Positions 13,735-29,738 of a stretch of DNA of 64,000 nt are shown in pieces. A program made the translations under genes and the position numbers. The stretch's first letter is position 1; every line of letters begins with the position of its first letter. The DNA comes from Eledone cirrhosa (lineage: Eukaryota). Below the pieces are notes generated by a model that did not search any database, was not told the DNA's origin, and saw only the letters and a list, made by a program, of their open reading frames with translations. The stretch lies in assembly GCA_964016885.1 (NCBI GenBank), contig OZ024747.1, positions 64,480,001 to 64,544,000 on the forward strand, read 5' to 3'.

Positions 13735-14261
13735 ATTAATACAACATTATTTGTTTCAGAAAAATATTCGCGTTTAACAACTTTGAAATATATAGTCTCT
13801 GTAACATAGAGCACATATTTAAGGTAATGTCACACTTAAATGAAGGAGAAACAATTGATTCTTATAATTTTACACATTTAATATATTTCTATTCCATCTG
13901 AAAATAGCTACAATAATTCTTACGGTAGACAGTTATGTGTGAAAGATATTCACCTTATTAAATGAAGCGGTTTAAATTTCTTTTAAATATCTGAAACTTT
14001 TAGAGAAGGGCAGTATCGTCGCACACCTGTGCGTACTAAAATATAGTTGTACGCACATAGATACATTCGTGCGCACGCACGCGCACACACACACACACAA
14101 ACACACCCACACACACGCACACGCACGGACACACACACAGTATATATGAACGTAGGTATGAAATGATTGTTCTCATTTGAAAAAGCATAAAACGGCCCTT
14201 TCTCTGAAACTATATATTTCTACACCATAGTTACTATATAATCGAAATGTAGTATTAATAA

Positions 14262-14683
14262 TTGTTTCTTATATAAGCACGAGGCCAGCAATTTTGGCGG
14301 ACGGGAAAGTCGATTAAATCGACCCCAGTGCGTGACTGGTACTTTATTTTATCGACCCTGTAAGGATGAAAGGCGAAGTTAATCTTGGCGGGAATTGAAC
14401 TCAGCTCATAAAGGGTCGTAACTCTGTGCTGCAAAGCATGGCGTCCGGCCCTCTCCTCACCACTGCCAATCCACCGCTTTAAATGTGGTATTAATAATTG
14501 TTTCTACTTTAGGCACAAGGCCAGCAATTACCCAGTGCATTACTGGTACTTTATTTTATCGACCTCTTAAGGATGAAAGGCAAAGTAAACCTCTGCGGGA
14601 TTTGAACTCAGACCGTAAAGGGACGTAACTATGCTGGAAAGCATGGCGTCCGACTCTCTACCGATACTGCCAATCGACCGCCC
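14262..14683 (-). mobile_element. Two head-to-tail family 1 SINEs (long and short subfamily)
   Basis: Two A/B-box heads and cores; aaatgtRgtattaataat occurs before, between and after the copies. Confidence 0.9.
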
Positions 14684-14711
14684 TAAATGTGGTATTAATA
14701 ATGATAGACAT

Positions 14712-14765
<54 letters not shown>

Positions 14766-14766
14766 G

Positions 14767-15997
<1,231 letters not shown>

Positions 15998-16029
15998 CTA
16001 TATTATTATTACTATATATATATATATAT

Positions 16030-16354
16030 TTTTTAGAAAGTGAGATTTTTTTTACAAAATGAAAAATAACCGAGGCGTCCTACACGAGTGAAAGTATAAA
16101 GAAAAAGATGAAATCGAAAATGCAACTGGAGTCATATTTTTAAAAAGATATATATATATATATTTGGTTCCTTTACCGGTTTCGCAGTTCTGCTTTTCAA
16201 AAGTAGAGTTGAGATGGAGGGTCTGTGGTTTACAGACCCTCCATCTCAACTCTACTTTTGAAAACTGCGAAACCGGTAAAGGAACCAAATAAACATATAT
16301 ATTTTTTTTAAATAAGACTCCAGTTGCATTTTCGATTTCATTTTTTTCTTTATA
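16030..16354 (-). mobile_element. Foldback element (~130-bp arms, 5-nt spacer) with a one-sided tail, in (TA)n
   Basis: Arms 16095-16226 and 16232-16354; each arm carries the hammerhead 3' half GAAA-CCGG-TA-AAGG (16269-16282). Confidence 0.9.
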
Positions 16355-16374
16355 TATATATATATATATATATG

Positions 16375-16474
16375 GATCCATTTTGAAACTGGTTAGACCA
16401 TTAAGCAACAGAGTAGTCGGGAACTAGCTGTTGAAACGGCAACGGCTCAGCCGTGATGCCCCGACTCTTCATAA

Positions 16475-16478
<4 letters not shown>
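16375..16478. mobile_element. Short (TA)n-embedded element, family D
   Basis: Shares gctgtYgaaacggc..tcagccgt and actctgttg..tggtctaaccag segments with 22920-23030, 31175-31270, 39703-39835, 39985-40115 and 40592-40720. Confidence 0.65.
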
Positions 16479-16515
<37 letters not shown>

Positions 16516-16650
16516 AGAAGAAGTTTATGAAATGGAAATGCGGGTATACAGAATTTATTAGGTAACAATTGTTTCTATAGTGTATGGGTTACCTATACCT
16601 CGCTATTTGAATAACATAATATATATATATATATATAATATATATATAAT

Positions 16651-16740
<90 letters not shown>

Positions 16741-17149
16741 AGTAAGTATGTTTTGAAATTAGAAATAGAAGCTTCCGGCGTATTTTTTTAGCCTGGTAGT
16801 GGGGTTTAGAACGCTCATAGAAATGGAAAAAAGTTGAGTACAAATAGTTCAAAGTAATGACAAAACACCGATACCAAATGTCTTTCATGCTCACGCTTTA
16901 TATGGAAAAGGGTAAAGCATGTTCGACGTGATATATAAACATATATAATATATATCGTAGGGGGAGGTATCGCCCGTGTTTGTATTATTTCTTAAGCATT
17001 GATTTAGTTACATCTACGAAATTACGACTTTATCAGGTGTATACTAAAAATTTAGCCAAGGTTACTTTGTTCCTTAAAGGGAGTGATTTTCCAACTTCAG
17101 ATGAAATGCTTTGTTGTATTTTTCTGTTTGTATGGCCTCAGTTCATATA

Positions 17150-18150
17150 ACTTCGTCATCATCTACATCGGATATAGATGGACATTTCGTTAGGTCTGTA
17201 GAAAAGCTTGTTCACGTTTCCGAACAGTCACCTATTCAGACCTCAAAATTGTGATCTGCACGGTCGACCTGGATAGAACCTGGTTGATGGAAGCATAACA
17301 TGTCATTCACGGCACGTAGATACTACAGGGACCTGAACTCTACATTAGTTATGTGCAAGTTGCCAAGAGGTGGATCGTCAACAAGTGGTGGGATGCTCTA
17401 AGGATAAAGATTCGTGTAGTTTCAATAAGTTTTAGTAAAGAAGTAGTGTTAGACGAGGTGAGTAGAAGTGGCATTGCAACTGACATGCTAGCGGTGATAA
17501 TGATATTAGATCGTTCCTTCAATGCCAATCACGAATGTTGCACTGTCAGAGCTAAGGAGCGTGCTCTAAGAAATCAGGGAATGAAAGTTGTTCTATGCTC
17601 CTGTGTGGCGGAGACGCAGCGTGGTAACAATACACACGATTTGGTCTTTGGCGGACCAAGAGGAACGCTTGCTGAACGATTCTAGACAGATGTGTGCGTG
17701 TGTGCAGCAGTTGGCCACCACTTCCGCTGTTCGTGGGGAGTAAACTACAGTTCCTACCTCGACTTGCTGAGTGTTGTGATAGGCTGAGTGGCCTATATAA
17801 TAAACCAAGATTCTGGATGCCATGGTCTGTTGCAAGAGGTGAAATTCACTCGAATTGAATGGTCTGCCCTACGAGTTTTACGTAGATATGATATATACAT
17901 TTTCTTCTATTTCTTCAAAGTGGTCTCCTGTAACTGGCAGCAGAACGGGAGTATTCCATGTTCTGTTATCCGGGGCGTTGTAACGCAGACGAGAACAAGA
18001 GGGACACATTAGACAATTTAAGGCCCATAACTCTGCTCAACACAGAATTTAAGATTTTGACCAAGGTGTTTTGGAAAGGCAGGTGCCTGTGAGGAGAGAA
18101 GTGCTATCAGTGGGTCAGTGGGTCAGTGTTACGAGAAAAGACGTGTGAAT
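17150..18150 (-). pseudogene. Highly degraded LINE reverse transcriptase remnant (possibly L1/Tx1-like)
   Basis: Minus-strand fragments YRPLSL.NT (~17770-17800) and V-DRADHNF (~17245-17270) resemble RT motifs RPISLLN and AFDRVDH; raised GC. Confidence 0.35.
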
Positions 18151-18394
18151 GGGCCTATTCTGAGTATGCGCCTATAGACTGGCTAATTCGAAGTGGAGAG
18201 GAGTGCCCTCTTCGGGAGCTCTCGGAACGTCGAGGGTGTCAGGATTGATGATGTTCCTGTGTCACCCTTCGGTGGTTCTCTCGCCTATTGGGGGATTTTC
18301 TCTCTTGTAATTATTTTATTTGTTATTATTGTTTTATATGTTTTACTCGATTTTATTGAAAACCCCCACTGTCACTGTCTATTGTCCCCTATAT

Positions 18395-18615
18395 GTAGGC
18401 CCTTAGAGCCAGCGAAGCATTTGACAACATGCTTAGCAGCATAGAGTTATGGCCCTTTGCGTTCCTAGTTCAAATCCCGCCGAGGCTAGCTATGCCTTTC
18501 ATCCTTACGGGGCCAATGAAATAAAGTACCAATAAGGCGCTGGGGTTGATTTAATCGACTTTCCTCTCCCCTTCAAATAACCGGCCTTGTGTCTAAAGTA
18601 GAAAAAATTATTATT
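18395..18615 (+). mobile_element. tRNA-derived SINE (family 1, long subfamily, diverged)
   Basis: B box agttcaaatccc, core gcctttcatccttacgggg, 3' end ggccttgtgtctaaagtagaa. Confidence 0.85.
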
Positions 18616-19132
18616 GTTATACACACGCATTAGCTATATATATATATGTATATATATACATATATGTATGTATACACACACACACACATACACACAATAT
18701 ATATATATATATACACATACAAACACGCGCATACGCATGCATATATATATATATATACATATATATAATAGGTTAATCTATATATGGTATCTTACCTAGA
18801 GGGTGTATAATCTTATCAGGATTACGAATAATGTTGCGATGTTATTGTTTCTTTAACGTGAATGGATTATATTATAATGTTTCTCTTTATCACAGGTCGC
18901 ATGAGAAATTTAGTTGATGTGATATGCATATATAAATTTGTGTATATATGTATGCTGCATCCGTATGCGTGTATATATATATGCTCGTGCGTGTGTGTGT
19001 ATAGGTATGTAAATATATATATATGTGTGTGTGTGTACATAGATATATACACATATGCATACACACACGCATATATACATACACACACACACACACATAC
19101 TCATACACTCGCACATTATTATATATATACAT

Positions 19133-19326
19133 AGGGTGGTTGATTGGCAGTATCGGTAGAGGGTTGGACGCCATGCTTTCTAGCATCGAGTTACGTCCCT
19201 TTATGATCTGAGTTCAAATCCCGCCGAGGGTAACTGTGCCTTTCATCCTTACGGGGTCGATAAAATAAAGTACCAGTAATGTACTGGGTAATTGCTGGCC
19301 TTGTGCCTAAAGTAGAAACAATTATT
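19133..19326 (+). mobile_element. tRNA-derived SINE (family 1, short subfamily), full length
   Basis: ggtggttgattggcagtatcggtagagg..gagttcaaatccc..gcctttcatccttacggggtcgataaaataaagtaccag..agaaacaattatt. Confidence 0.92.
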
Positions 19327-19896
19327 ATATATATATACATACACACACAAACACACACATATACATACCCACATATATACATACATACACGCACACATAT
19401 TATATATATATATATGTATATATGTGTGCCCTCCAAGAAATTATTCTTCCCACACCAACGCTACACAATTAACTTATTGTCACGATCTGTGATTTATTTT
19501 AAAACTGTTTCCTATGCACTTATTCACGATTGTTGAACAGGAAAATTATTTTTAGCAGACACTTTTATTATTCTTGTTCGCTGTAATATTATACCTACAT
19601 TAAACGCATGTCATACAAGATGTTTTATATTCATGTTACTGCTATCTACCATTTAACGGATGTCTCTACTACTGTAAATTGGAAATTTCAATTGAAAACA
19701 TTCAGCAGTTTTATTGATATTTTTAGTTTTAGTTGCATGTAACAAAAACATATCTTTTATTATTTGGCGTGTAAAACTGTTGTTTTTTCATTTTATGTTT
19801 ATGGCTGAAATATATTTCTATTAACTTTTGTACGCTCGTCTTTACTTAGCTCTGCCTTTTTTCTTCCATTATACACACATATATATATTCTTTTTA

Positions 19897-20478
19897 GGCT
19901 GTGGAGTGGCAGTATCGGTAGAGGGTCTGGCGTTATGCTTTCCAGCACAAAGTTACGTCCCTTTAAGGACTGAGTTCAAATCCAGCCGAGGTTAACTTTG
20001 CCTTTCATCCTTACGGGGTCGATAAAATAAAGTACCAGTGATGCACTGAGGTAATTTCTGGCCTTGTGCCAAAAGTAGAAACAATTATTATTATTATCCC
20101 GTCGAAGGTAGTTTTGCCTTTCATCGTTACGAGGGGTGATGATATAAAGTATCACTCACGATTTTCTCTCACCCCAAATTGCTGGCCTTGTGTCTGAATT
20201 AGAAACCATTATCATTATTGTTAATTTATTTTCTTAAAACCTATGCAAATTTATCGTATAAAAAAAGAAAGGAATTCAGAGCGTCTCATGGAAATAATTC
20301 GCGATCCTAGCGGACAAACTAGCAGTTGCTTCTTTCTGGTAGATGACGCGGGAGATACGTTGATTATCAGAACGAGGTTAACTTTGCCTTTCATCCTTAC
20401 GGGGTCGATAAAATAAAGTACCAGTAATGTACTGGGTAATTTGATGGCCTTGTGTCAAAAGTAGAAACAATTATTATT
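19897..20478 (+). mobile_element. Cluster of family 1 SINEs (full 19897-20095; partial ~20100-20220 and ~20372-20478)
   Basis: Repeated core gcctttcatcc..cggggtcgataaaataaagtaccag. Confidence 0.85.
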
Positions 20479-20748
20479 TTATTAATTTATTTATTATCTA
20501 TATCGCTTTTCTCTTCAAACAGTATTGTGAAATTCAAGTAATCATAAATTATTTATTTGAAAATAAAACAAGAAAATAGAAAGTAAAACTGAAAACTAAG
20601 AATTTCTTCCTCTACACTAGATTAACATTTTCTCCATTAATTATAATAATGCTTAGATATAAAGTTTTACTGAATCGCAACATATCACGCCTAACCACAG
20701 GTGCATAAAGACAGATTCTCTCTATTTCTTTCTCTCGCCCTGTGTGTG

Positions 20749-20791
<43 letters not shown>

Positions 20792-21529
20792 ATATATATA
20801 TATATATATATTTGATGTTACGTTGTTTGCTCCTTTCTATATATAAATCCAGTTACATTTTACGATTCATAATAATTATTCAGATACTTTCCAGTGTGAA
20901 AATGATTGCTAGGCTAAACGGCTTTTCTATAATAAACTGTAAAATACATTAGATATAGTCTGCGAAATTTAAACATTACTGCTGATTAATTTAGATTCTA
21001 TCTAATAACAGAATGAAATATTCATTTTGATTTAACGCAATATCTCTCCTTGATTTCTTTATTACTATTTCTTTCTTCGATTTGCTATTTGTCCAATATA
21101 GAGATGTAAAAAATCGAATACAAATCAATATATTTAGTTCAGCGTGATAACATTATTTTTTCTCTTTTTATTTTTTTAGTGTCTGAAATATTGCTGCTGG
21201 TTTAATACTACCAACGTTATAGTAGAAGCTGCTAACTAAATCTTCTTTATTGCATAAAATGCTTGTAGTACGACACCTTCCTCACAAAAATACTAACGTT
21301 GTGTTTTTACTACTAACAATATTTTAATGTTGTTATATATTATATAACCTTCTCGACTGACCCATTCGTAAATATACGACTATATGAGTATATACCTAGA
21401 TGACTGTTGCCATGTTTTGTAACACGTAGGAAAGGTAGCAAAATAAACGAAAGAATTATTGCTAATAATAAAAGTTCAGTGAATGGGAAAATTAGTCGAG
21501 CTCTGGACTAGAATTTTGCAATCAAGCGA

Positions 21530-21910
21530 TAAATTGGCAGAATTGCTAGAGCGTCCCATTGGCAGCCATGGTGTATTCGTTCCGAATCTCTGCTAACGGA
21601 GTTCAAATCTCTCAGAAGATTACTTCGTTTTGTGTTAACATTCCGAGACCCATAAGTAATATATCCAGTATGGAGCAGATTCTTCTGTCTTCCTCTACCG
21701 AGAAAGTTCATTTGATAGTACCTGTAATTCTCGCTGTAAACCTTTAACTCAATGAGTGTTCTAAGTTCAAATTCCTCCGAGGTCATACTTTATCTTTCGC
21801 CATTCCAAGTTCGATAAATTAATGTATCTCACAAGTACTGAGGTTGATTAAATCGACTATACCTTATCTAACAAATTGTTGTCCTTGTGTCTAAATTAGA
21901 AATATATTAT
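21530..21910 (+). mobile_element. Old degraded SINE(s) related to family 1
   Basis: ttggcagaattg head, two B-box-like motifs, 3' ttgtgtctaaattagaaa. Confidence 0.55.
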
Positions 21911-23042
21911 TACAACCAAGAATATGATTGGTGTGTTTGTTCAAGCAGTAAATTAATTGCAGGTATTGCTATGAAATACACCTTAAATATTGATAAATAC
22001 TAGTTTTGGAGAAAAACATAGTTTGGAATCAACATTTAAAATGCATTCACAACCTGCTGCATACACGCGTTACAAGATCGATTGTATGTCGGTTTCAATG
22101 ATGGATGTGTATTGATCCGAACGATGAAATAAATTTCCGACTCGGGAATTATCGAGCACGTAGTTGAATATTCCTCACACACGTGTACCATTAATGTAAT
22201 TCTCACCCAGAATCAGTATAACACAATATGTGACAAGACTACGCCTTCGAATTACAGCAACAATCCATCTAGCGGATATCAACTCAGATTCCATTCGGAA
22301 TTTCATAACAAAGCTTAGATCTACAACAGGGTATTTAAAACACATTCCGCCAAATTGTCACGTAGTGGGAGCGAACCCAAGATGAAAAGGTTTCAAAGTG
22401 AACATTTTAATCAAGTGTCATACCTACGTCTATAAAAATACGTATAAGATTACATTGGATGGTATTTATTTCCAAGCAGCACAGTATCTGTCACATAATG
22501 TCTCATTCACATCCCTTTACAGTTACCTGTAAATGTCACGTTTACCAAACCAATGTTGTTACACATGGAATCGTATGTGCATTTCGTAGTGGCTTACATA
22601 ATTTCTTAAAGAATTATAGACATAGTAAAGAAAAAAGATCAATCTAAATGAGAAGATTTCTTATAAAATCTGATGGATTGCTTTGTTTCAATCAGAAATC
22701 TGATCACGTATGTGATTTAACAAATGAAATCCTATACATGGAAGCTAATACTGTATCTAATAGTATCAAAAGACAAGCTTCCCCATCGGGTTCAAATGGT
22801 AAGCTTTAGTTACGTGACATTATTTACAGTCTTTGTTTTATTAAAATAGATAAACCTGCGCACATACATACATACATGCATACATACATACAGGTACATA
22901 TATAGACCAATATATAGTATAGAGTCAGGAGTCGACGGCTGAGCTCTTGCTGTTTCAACAATATAACCATACTCTACTACCCCAAGTATTGAGTACTCAG
23001 TTGAGTAATAGTCTAATCAGTTCCAAAGTGAATTTATGCTGA

Positions 23043-23080
<38 letters not shown>

Positions 23081-23085
<5 letters not shown>

Positions 23086-23240
23086 ATCTAGGGTTCAATC
23101 GGGGAGAACTACAGTAAGTAGGGTACTCAATACATCGAGTATATACAAGAATCAATATAAAAATGGCTTTTACAGGACTGGAACTATTTCATTCGAAGGA
23201 AATCATCAGGCTTTCCTGATGATTTAATGTAGAAGCTATA
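23081..23240 (-). mobile_element. Family E element in (TA)n with hammerhead core and a short terminal foldback
   Basis: Minus strand CTGATGA-TTTC-cttc-GAAT-GAAA (~23187-23209); hairpin aaatcatcagg-cttt-cctgatgattt; homologous to 37281-37528, 49180-49320 and 56262-56365. Confidence 0.75.
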
Positions 23241-23269
23241 TATATATATAAGGCCCGCCGTCGTTTCCG

Positions 23270-23530
23270 ACGACGAATGCTCCACTTGATACAATCAAAG
23301 GAACTACATGCTCGTGATACCAACGTGCAAGTGGCTAAGCATTCCACTCAAATGAGATTCAACGTGGACAGTGTTTGACTATGCTGATCCCTTGGATTTC
23401 ATGTACAACTGATGTGGCTGAGTGGGCTGGAGCAACATGAAACAGTCTTCCCCAAGAACACGATCCAACGCTTGGTTCGAGAATTGAAATCACGACCTGA
23501 CGCGAACATTCTAACTATTAGGACACGGGA
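23270..23530 (-). mobile_element. Second SINE family (tRNA head plus CORE-like segment); related degraded copies at ~22090-22420 (-) and ~34743-34860 (+)
   Basis: Minus strand reads tgttcttgggaagactgtttcatgttgctccagcccactcagc after a tRNA-like head. Confidence 0.6.
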
Positions 23531-23807
23531 TTTCACAATATATGTATGAGACACGTTTTGCAAAGATGATATTACAAACAGATAAAATTTATTCAACAAA
23601 CCCGTCAAACACCGTCCAATTGTACTGTTCTAGACAAAAAGAACCAGAACTCACGCTAAATTACATATCAAAGTTTCTATGTATAATATGTCCGTGGGAC
23701 TTATTTTACCTGTTACCAATTTTGAAGCAAGCGGAGGAAAAAAGTAAACGAAGAATAAGAAAACAAAAGGAAGAGGAAAAGAAAAGAAGAAGACAACTTT
23801 AAAATAA

Positions 23808-23958
23808 TTGATTATTTTTGGCACGAGGCCAGCAATTATCCCAGTGCATTACTGGTAATGTAATTATCAACCCCGTAAGGATGAGAGGCAAAGTTAACTT
23901 CGGTGGTATTTAAACTCAGACCGTAAAGGTGCATAACTCTCTACCGATAGTGCCAAAT
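23808..23958 (-). mobile_element. Family 1 SINE, diverged
   Basis: ggcacgaggccagcaatt..ccccgtaaggatgagaggcaaagttaac. Confidence 0.8.
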
Positions 23959-24706
23959 AATATCAGGGACGCATACGGCTCCTCTCCTCTCTTCTTTCAT
24001 TTTTTACCGCGAATATCTCCCTTCGCGGGAGTATAGTATAATTCTTTTATCTCATGATTTTCTCTCCGTCTAGTTCTGGTTGTTATATTTATCACTCTGC
24101 ACATCAATAGCTCTGTTTGTACTTGTCTTGCAAAAAATCTAGATCAGTGTTAGATGCCGACATGGTTGACGAAGGAAACAGGAACACAGACGATGACTGC
24201 GGAGTGTGTGTGTATGTGTATGTGTATGTGTGTATGTATATATATATATATATATATAAGGGGATGTATGTGTGTGTGTATGTGTGTGTGTGTGTGAGTG
24301 TGTGTTTGACTGTCTGTGTGTGAGTATGTTACTCCTAATTGAGTCATCTAGTGGATACGAAAACTGGAAACATGAAGCAAAAGAAAACAAAAACCCATCT
24401 GTCCTTTAGTTAGCTGTGATTAATTTAATGACCGTAGCTATATGCCTGGCGAGTTTACAATGAGTTCATTCCACAAAGTATTATATAAGATGCTAGCATA
24501 TACATATAAGATTACATATGTAACAACTATGTTTCTGTAAACGTGACATTTAGATGTAAATGTAAAGAGATAGAGATATGAAGTAAACGTTACATTATAA
24601 GCCAGATATTGGAAAGAATATAAATAAGTGTCATCTAACGGCAAAATATGTAGGATATGTATATGCGTTTTTCTGTTAATGTATGAGTGTGTGTATTTAT
24701 ATAAGT

Positions 24707-24795
<89 letters not shown>

Positions 24796-27785
24796 TGCGC
24801 GCGCGCGCGCGGCGATGGATAATAAAAATACTGAACGTAAATTGAGCCATACATTAGATGTTGCTTGATTGCCTTTAAGTTAGAATGAGGAAAGAAACAA
24901 TTATATGAGAAGAAAATATATTCGGAAGGAGGAATCTAAAGAAAAATTTGGTGAGTCGGCTAATTTCTTATATTGTGTCCCCCGCTTTCATTGATCTACA
25001 GGAAATTAGTACTGTTCAATTTATACGTTCCTTCAACGCTACGAAGTTCTCAAAACGGCTGCCATTTTTCTCCTATTCTTTTTTTTCTTTCTCGACGCAA
25101 TCTTTTCTTGACAGAATCATATTAACAATAGGATGCATGCTGATTGGATCAAGTTGGTTTCCTACTGTACAGCTTTTTATTAAGGTTATTATTTCAACGT
25201 ATTTAACAGATGTATTATGAGGTTTTCTTATGTAAAGCGTTCAATAGTAACAAAAGTCAATCTTTTCACTTAACGTAACATTCGTGCGGCCAACAGCTTC
25301 ATTTTGATATGTCAAGAGGATGAGATCTACATCTAACCTCACTATTACTATTAAAAGTAATATGTGTAGCCAGTCAAGGAGACATCCGAATGTTCAATGA
25401 ATGCCTGTTCATAATTCTTATTCTGAATAAAAACTATTGCAATACATCTTTATTAGTATGGTTCAGTAACACAATGCGAATATGTATATCCGATTAGTGA
25501 GTTAGATGTCCATGAACCTCCACACGGTTATCATGTAAGATATATTCGTTTATAAAGGCGAATGACAACGTCGCAATGTATTAAATTGGGTTAACCTTAG
25601 CGAACTCCTTGGTATCCTTCAACTGAACACAACAGATGATATTTTAACCGATGATACTGGATATTGACGAATTAATTTGGAAGCATCTAGCACAGACCCC
25701 AACAAATATCATTTTGATACGAGGAAACGTATTCAGAATATGTTGGAATATAATCAATTTCAGTGATGTATTTCACATACCCATTATTTTATCAATTTAT
25801 CATAAGAAGTTTAACATTAACATAGGTTGAATCTTATTTTATTTTGTCCAAAAACGTAACCTAAAATGTATAAACAGAGAAGAATTAGAAACGAAACAGC
25901 AGTAATCAACGAGATTGCGTATTATTTCTTTAAAAAAGCATTACAATTGAAGCAACATTTCTTATCAACGTTGAGCTTGATTACTCGAAATATATGTAGC
26001 CGACAATCTTAAAGCATTGGCTGTTTGACGGTATAGAAAATAAAAGTGTCTAGCATTAACACAAGGTCGAACATTTTTGGGAAAGGGGAGAGTCGATTAT
26101 ATCGACCCAGTTCTTGACTGGTATTTGAATGATAAAAAAGCAGAATTGACTTCGGTGGGATTTAAAATGAGAATATATATATAGCCGGAACAAATATTGC
26201 CAAGCATGTACGATACTCGAAGAGAATATTACCAACGAATGATATTTGAATGATGTCATTGATATTCGGCACAAATAAAGATGTTATTGTAACACAAATG
26301 ATCATAACAGCTACATGATTGATATACGATGGGTGCTTCTTATACGTAGTTCATTTGATAACGAACACTACTTAAACTATTCACAGGAAGTTGTGATTCA
26401 CTTACATAATGCTGAGAACCCCTTATTTAATTTCCTAACAAAAAACAACGGCAGTAATCGCACGTAGAATTTTGAAGGGCGTGGGAGTTTGACAGAAATG
26501 TCTCGCTCAACAGTATGAGATAAATAGGTTCTGTTCACCTTCTTCCTGAGTGAACACACATGGAAGAATAATTCTACAGATCGTGGGCAGATATTCGTAA
26601 TATTATTTTTGAATAAACGAATATCATATATAACATTAGATATTCATACGTTTATAAAAAAAATGTTCTACGATATAGCAGATATTGTAGATATTGAATA
26701 TGTTCCATAGTGTTGGATTTACATAGATATGTGTTATATTTAAATATAATATGAAATATATTTTCATATCTTTTGCATTTTATTTAGATTTAACTAACAA
26801 ATGAATTTAAAAGCAGATTTATCTCTAGCAATGTCACTTAACGAATCGCACGATGGAATCTAAAGACATGCTATATCTAAGTACTGTTTATTTTCCCCTT
26901 CTTCATAGTTTCACCATTTGAGTTATGGGTCTGAAACTTTAGGTATTAACATTAGGCCAAACGTGAGATGATGGTGAGGAGTGATTTCTAAAAATTATAA
27001 TGTTAACTACAATACAGCGAATAGACTGCTTTTTAAAGTTGCTTTCATCAAAAATGAATAGTCATGATAGTAAGTGGGATATATGAATTAGTACAAAAGG
27101 TAGGGGACATTTTCCCATTCCAGGCTTTCTTTAATCGCGTTTTTCTCTTTAGGTAAAGTTCAATTTTCCTGTTTTACTTTTGATAAAATTCATTTTTCCC
27201 GTTTTAACTTTTGATAAATTCACTTTCTTCCATTTTAATGTATTTCGTGGGTAAATTTCAACAAATTGTACAATAAATATTATTAAAGTAGAGGAAACAA
27301 AAGCGAAGTGTCAAGTCTAACCCTCTCTCATTATGAAATAAAACCATTTTTCATGTTCTGTTGTGTAAGTTTTCTCTAATCCCAGTCATCACTTCACCAC
27401 AATAAGTCTGTGAAACAAGCCAATGTAGAAGTCAGTAACGTTCTTATTAAGAATGCTTTAATTTAATGTACTTACTATCAGATACATTTCTACTCTTCAG
27501 TTTTGATATTGAAGTGAAAGCGACCGGAATGTGTTTACTATATTCTATACCTCCCTGGGATAAAAACATGGTCAAACTATAGCTGATCTTAAGATGAACT
27601 GTCTATTTCCATTAAGCTGGCAAGTCAAGCCAATGCAAGATGATGGAAGGGGCGAGTGGCAAATTACCAAGTTTTAGGAAAAGTTTAGTCACAAAAATTG
27701 TTTTGCTGCGGGCCGCTTGTTTGAGACACCTGATGTAGGGTAATCATTTCTGAATATATATGAGAGAGGGAGAGAGAGGGATGGA

Positions 27786-27828
<43 letters not shown>

Positions 27829-27883
27829 AGAGAGCGAACGAGAGAGAGAGCGAACGAGAGAGAGAGTGAGTGAAAGAGAGAGT

Positions 27884-27930
<47 letters not shown>

Positions 27931-28877
27931 AGAAAGAAAGGGAGAGAGTGAGAGAGAAAGGTGGATGGATATATAGCTAAATGAATATTTCTATGCATGA
28001 ATATTATAGTTATTTGTGGTTTTGTATGTATCTTTAACTGAAGCCATTAAAGCCATCGCGTGACAAATCTGATCCTTTTTATGCAGAAACAAAATAAAAA
28101 CACAACACCACATTTTGCAGAAGTTCTGTGACAACAGATACAATTATTAAGTTGATAAAACATGATTAATACTTTTTAAATTATATGCTGATAAAGCTGT
28201 AGAGTGAGCAAACCTTATCTTACTTTGATCGTTCATTTGATCATATTTCTGCGCCTCACATGTAAATCCATGGAAACATCCATCTAACTAAATGCTGCAT
28301 TAACATTAAAAGGATATTTTCAATGTATGTATGAAGGTACTTTCGCCTTCCATAATCATCAATTATACTTTGACATGTGAAGATGATTTATGACAACTAT
28401 TTAGCAATTGTAATGAACCTCGTTTTCATCCATACACCATATTTATAGACAGGATTTTGTTGTTTGATGCCTCAAGTAAATATCTCTAACAGATATGGTG
28501 CATTTATTGAACTTCCAGTTAATATATTCTATAAGCATGTTGGTGCAATGCTGGGCTTCACTACACCAGCACGCGGCATTTTGGGATTCGCTCTGTGCTC
28601 ACGCTGTTAGAGATAGTAACAATATCCCACCCAAATCACACCATATCATTTAGAAATAAATAAATATTCGATTATTCTTGAACCTATAAAGAAGCTTCGG
28701 GATTGCCTAGGGTGCTTTTAACCCTATATCTATTCGGTTGAAGCTGAACTGGAGCTAAACAACATCAATAAATATCTCGATAATATACATGTCTAAAAGG
28801 ATATTATAAACCCGGTCCTTCAACCTGCTAAAAACATGCGCGTGTGTATGTGTGACGATATACGCAAACACACACGT

Positions 28878-28936
<59 letters not shown>

Positions 28937-28985
28937 AAGAATGAAGATTAACATGGTTGGCTGTACAATAAGGGCTCTATTTAAA

Positions 28986-29096
28986 GTACTGACAATTGTT
29001 TCGTTGATCATGTGGGTCTAGAGTTCGCTAACCGCTTGAGGTTGCGTTATTCGGTCTCCAATACATTATTCACCTCTAGTCAACACATCAGAGTAC
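28986..29096 (-). ncRNA. Type I hammerhead-like motif with extended stem II
   Basis: GTACT-CTGATGT-GTTGA..(~75 nt)..TCAAC-GAAA-CAATTG-TC-AGTAC; core A9 altered or lost. Confidence 0.7.
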
Positions 29097-29738
29097 GTAG
29101 CTATGAAATTACTTCACTCGAGGCAAGACTTATATAGAAAAATAGCGTGTAATTAAAAAAATAACATCAATAATAAAATAGCGTATAATCAAAACAATAA
29201 CATCAATAATAATACATGTATGGTCAATAGGTAGAGAAGTTACAGATCTAAAAAGTAAAAGTAAAAGTAAAATATAAGAATGGGTACATTAAAAAGTAAG
29301 AAAAAGAGAGAATGGAAAATATAAAGAGATAAACAAATAAATAGGTGAGAGCATGTAAATACATAGTAGTAACTTTTGGGTAAGTGTTCTTATAAGGATT
29401 CGTTGGTGGGAAACTAGATTCGAGATGTACACACATACGTGTAGAGGGTCCGATAAAAGAGACAATAAATTAGAGATTAATTGTTGGATGCTTGTAACAT
29501 ATGTATGGGCTTGGGATGACGAGACATTTGATAAACGCTTATTGTAAATGTTTTGCTGATTGTTCTATATTAATGGGGTTGATGCTTTTACTTTTACTTT
29601 TTACATCTGTAACTTCTCTACCTATTTACCATCCATGTATTATTATTGATGTTATTGTTTAGATTATACGCTATTTTATTATTGATACGCTATTTTTCTA
29701 TATAAGTCTTGCCTCGAGTGAAGTAATTTCATAGCTAC

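Noticed and set aside
19133-19225. tRNA-like sequences with A and B boxes
   Set aside because: These are SINE heads followed by the SINE core and tail, with no complete cloverleaf
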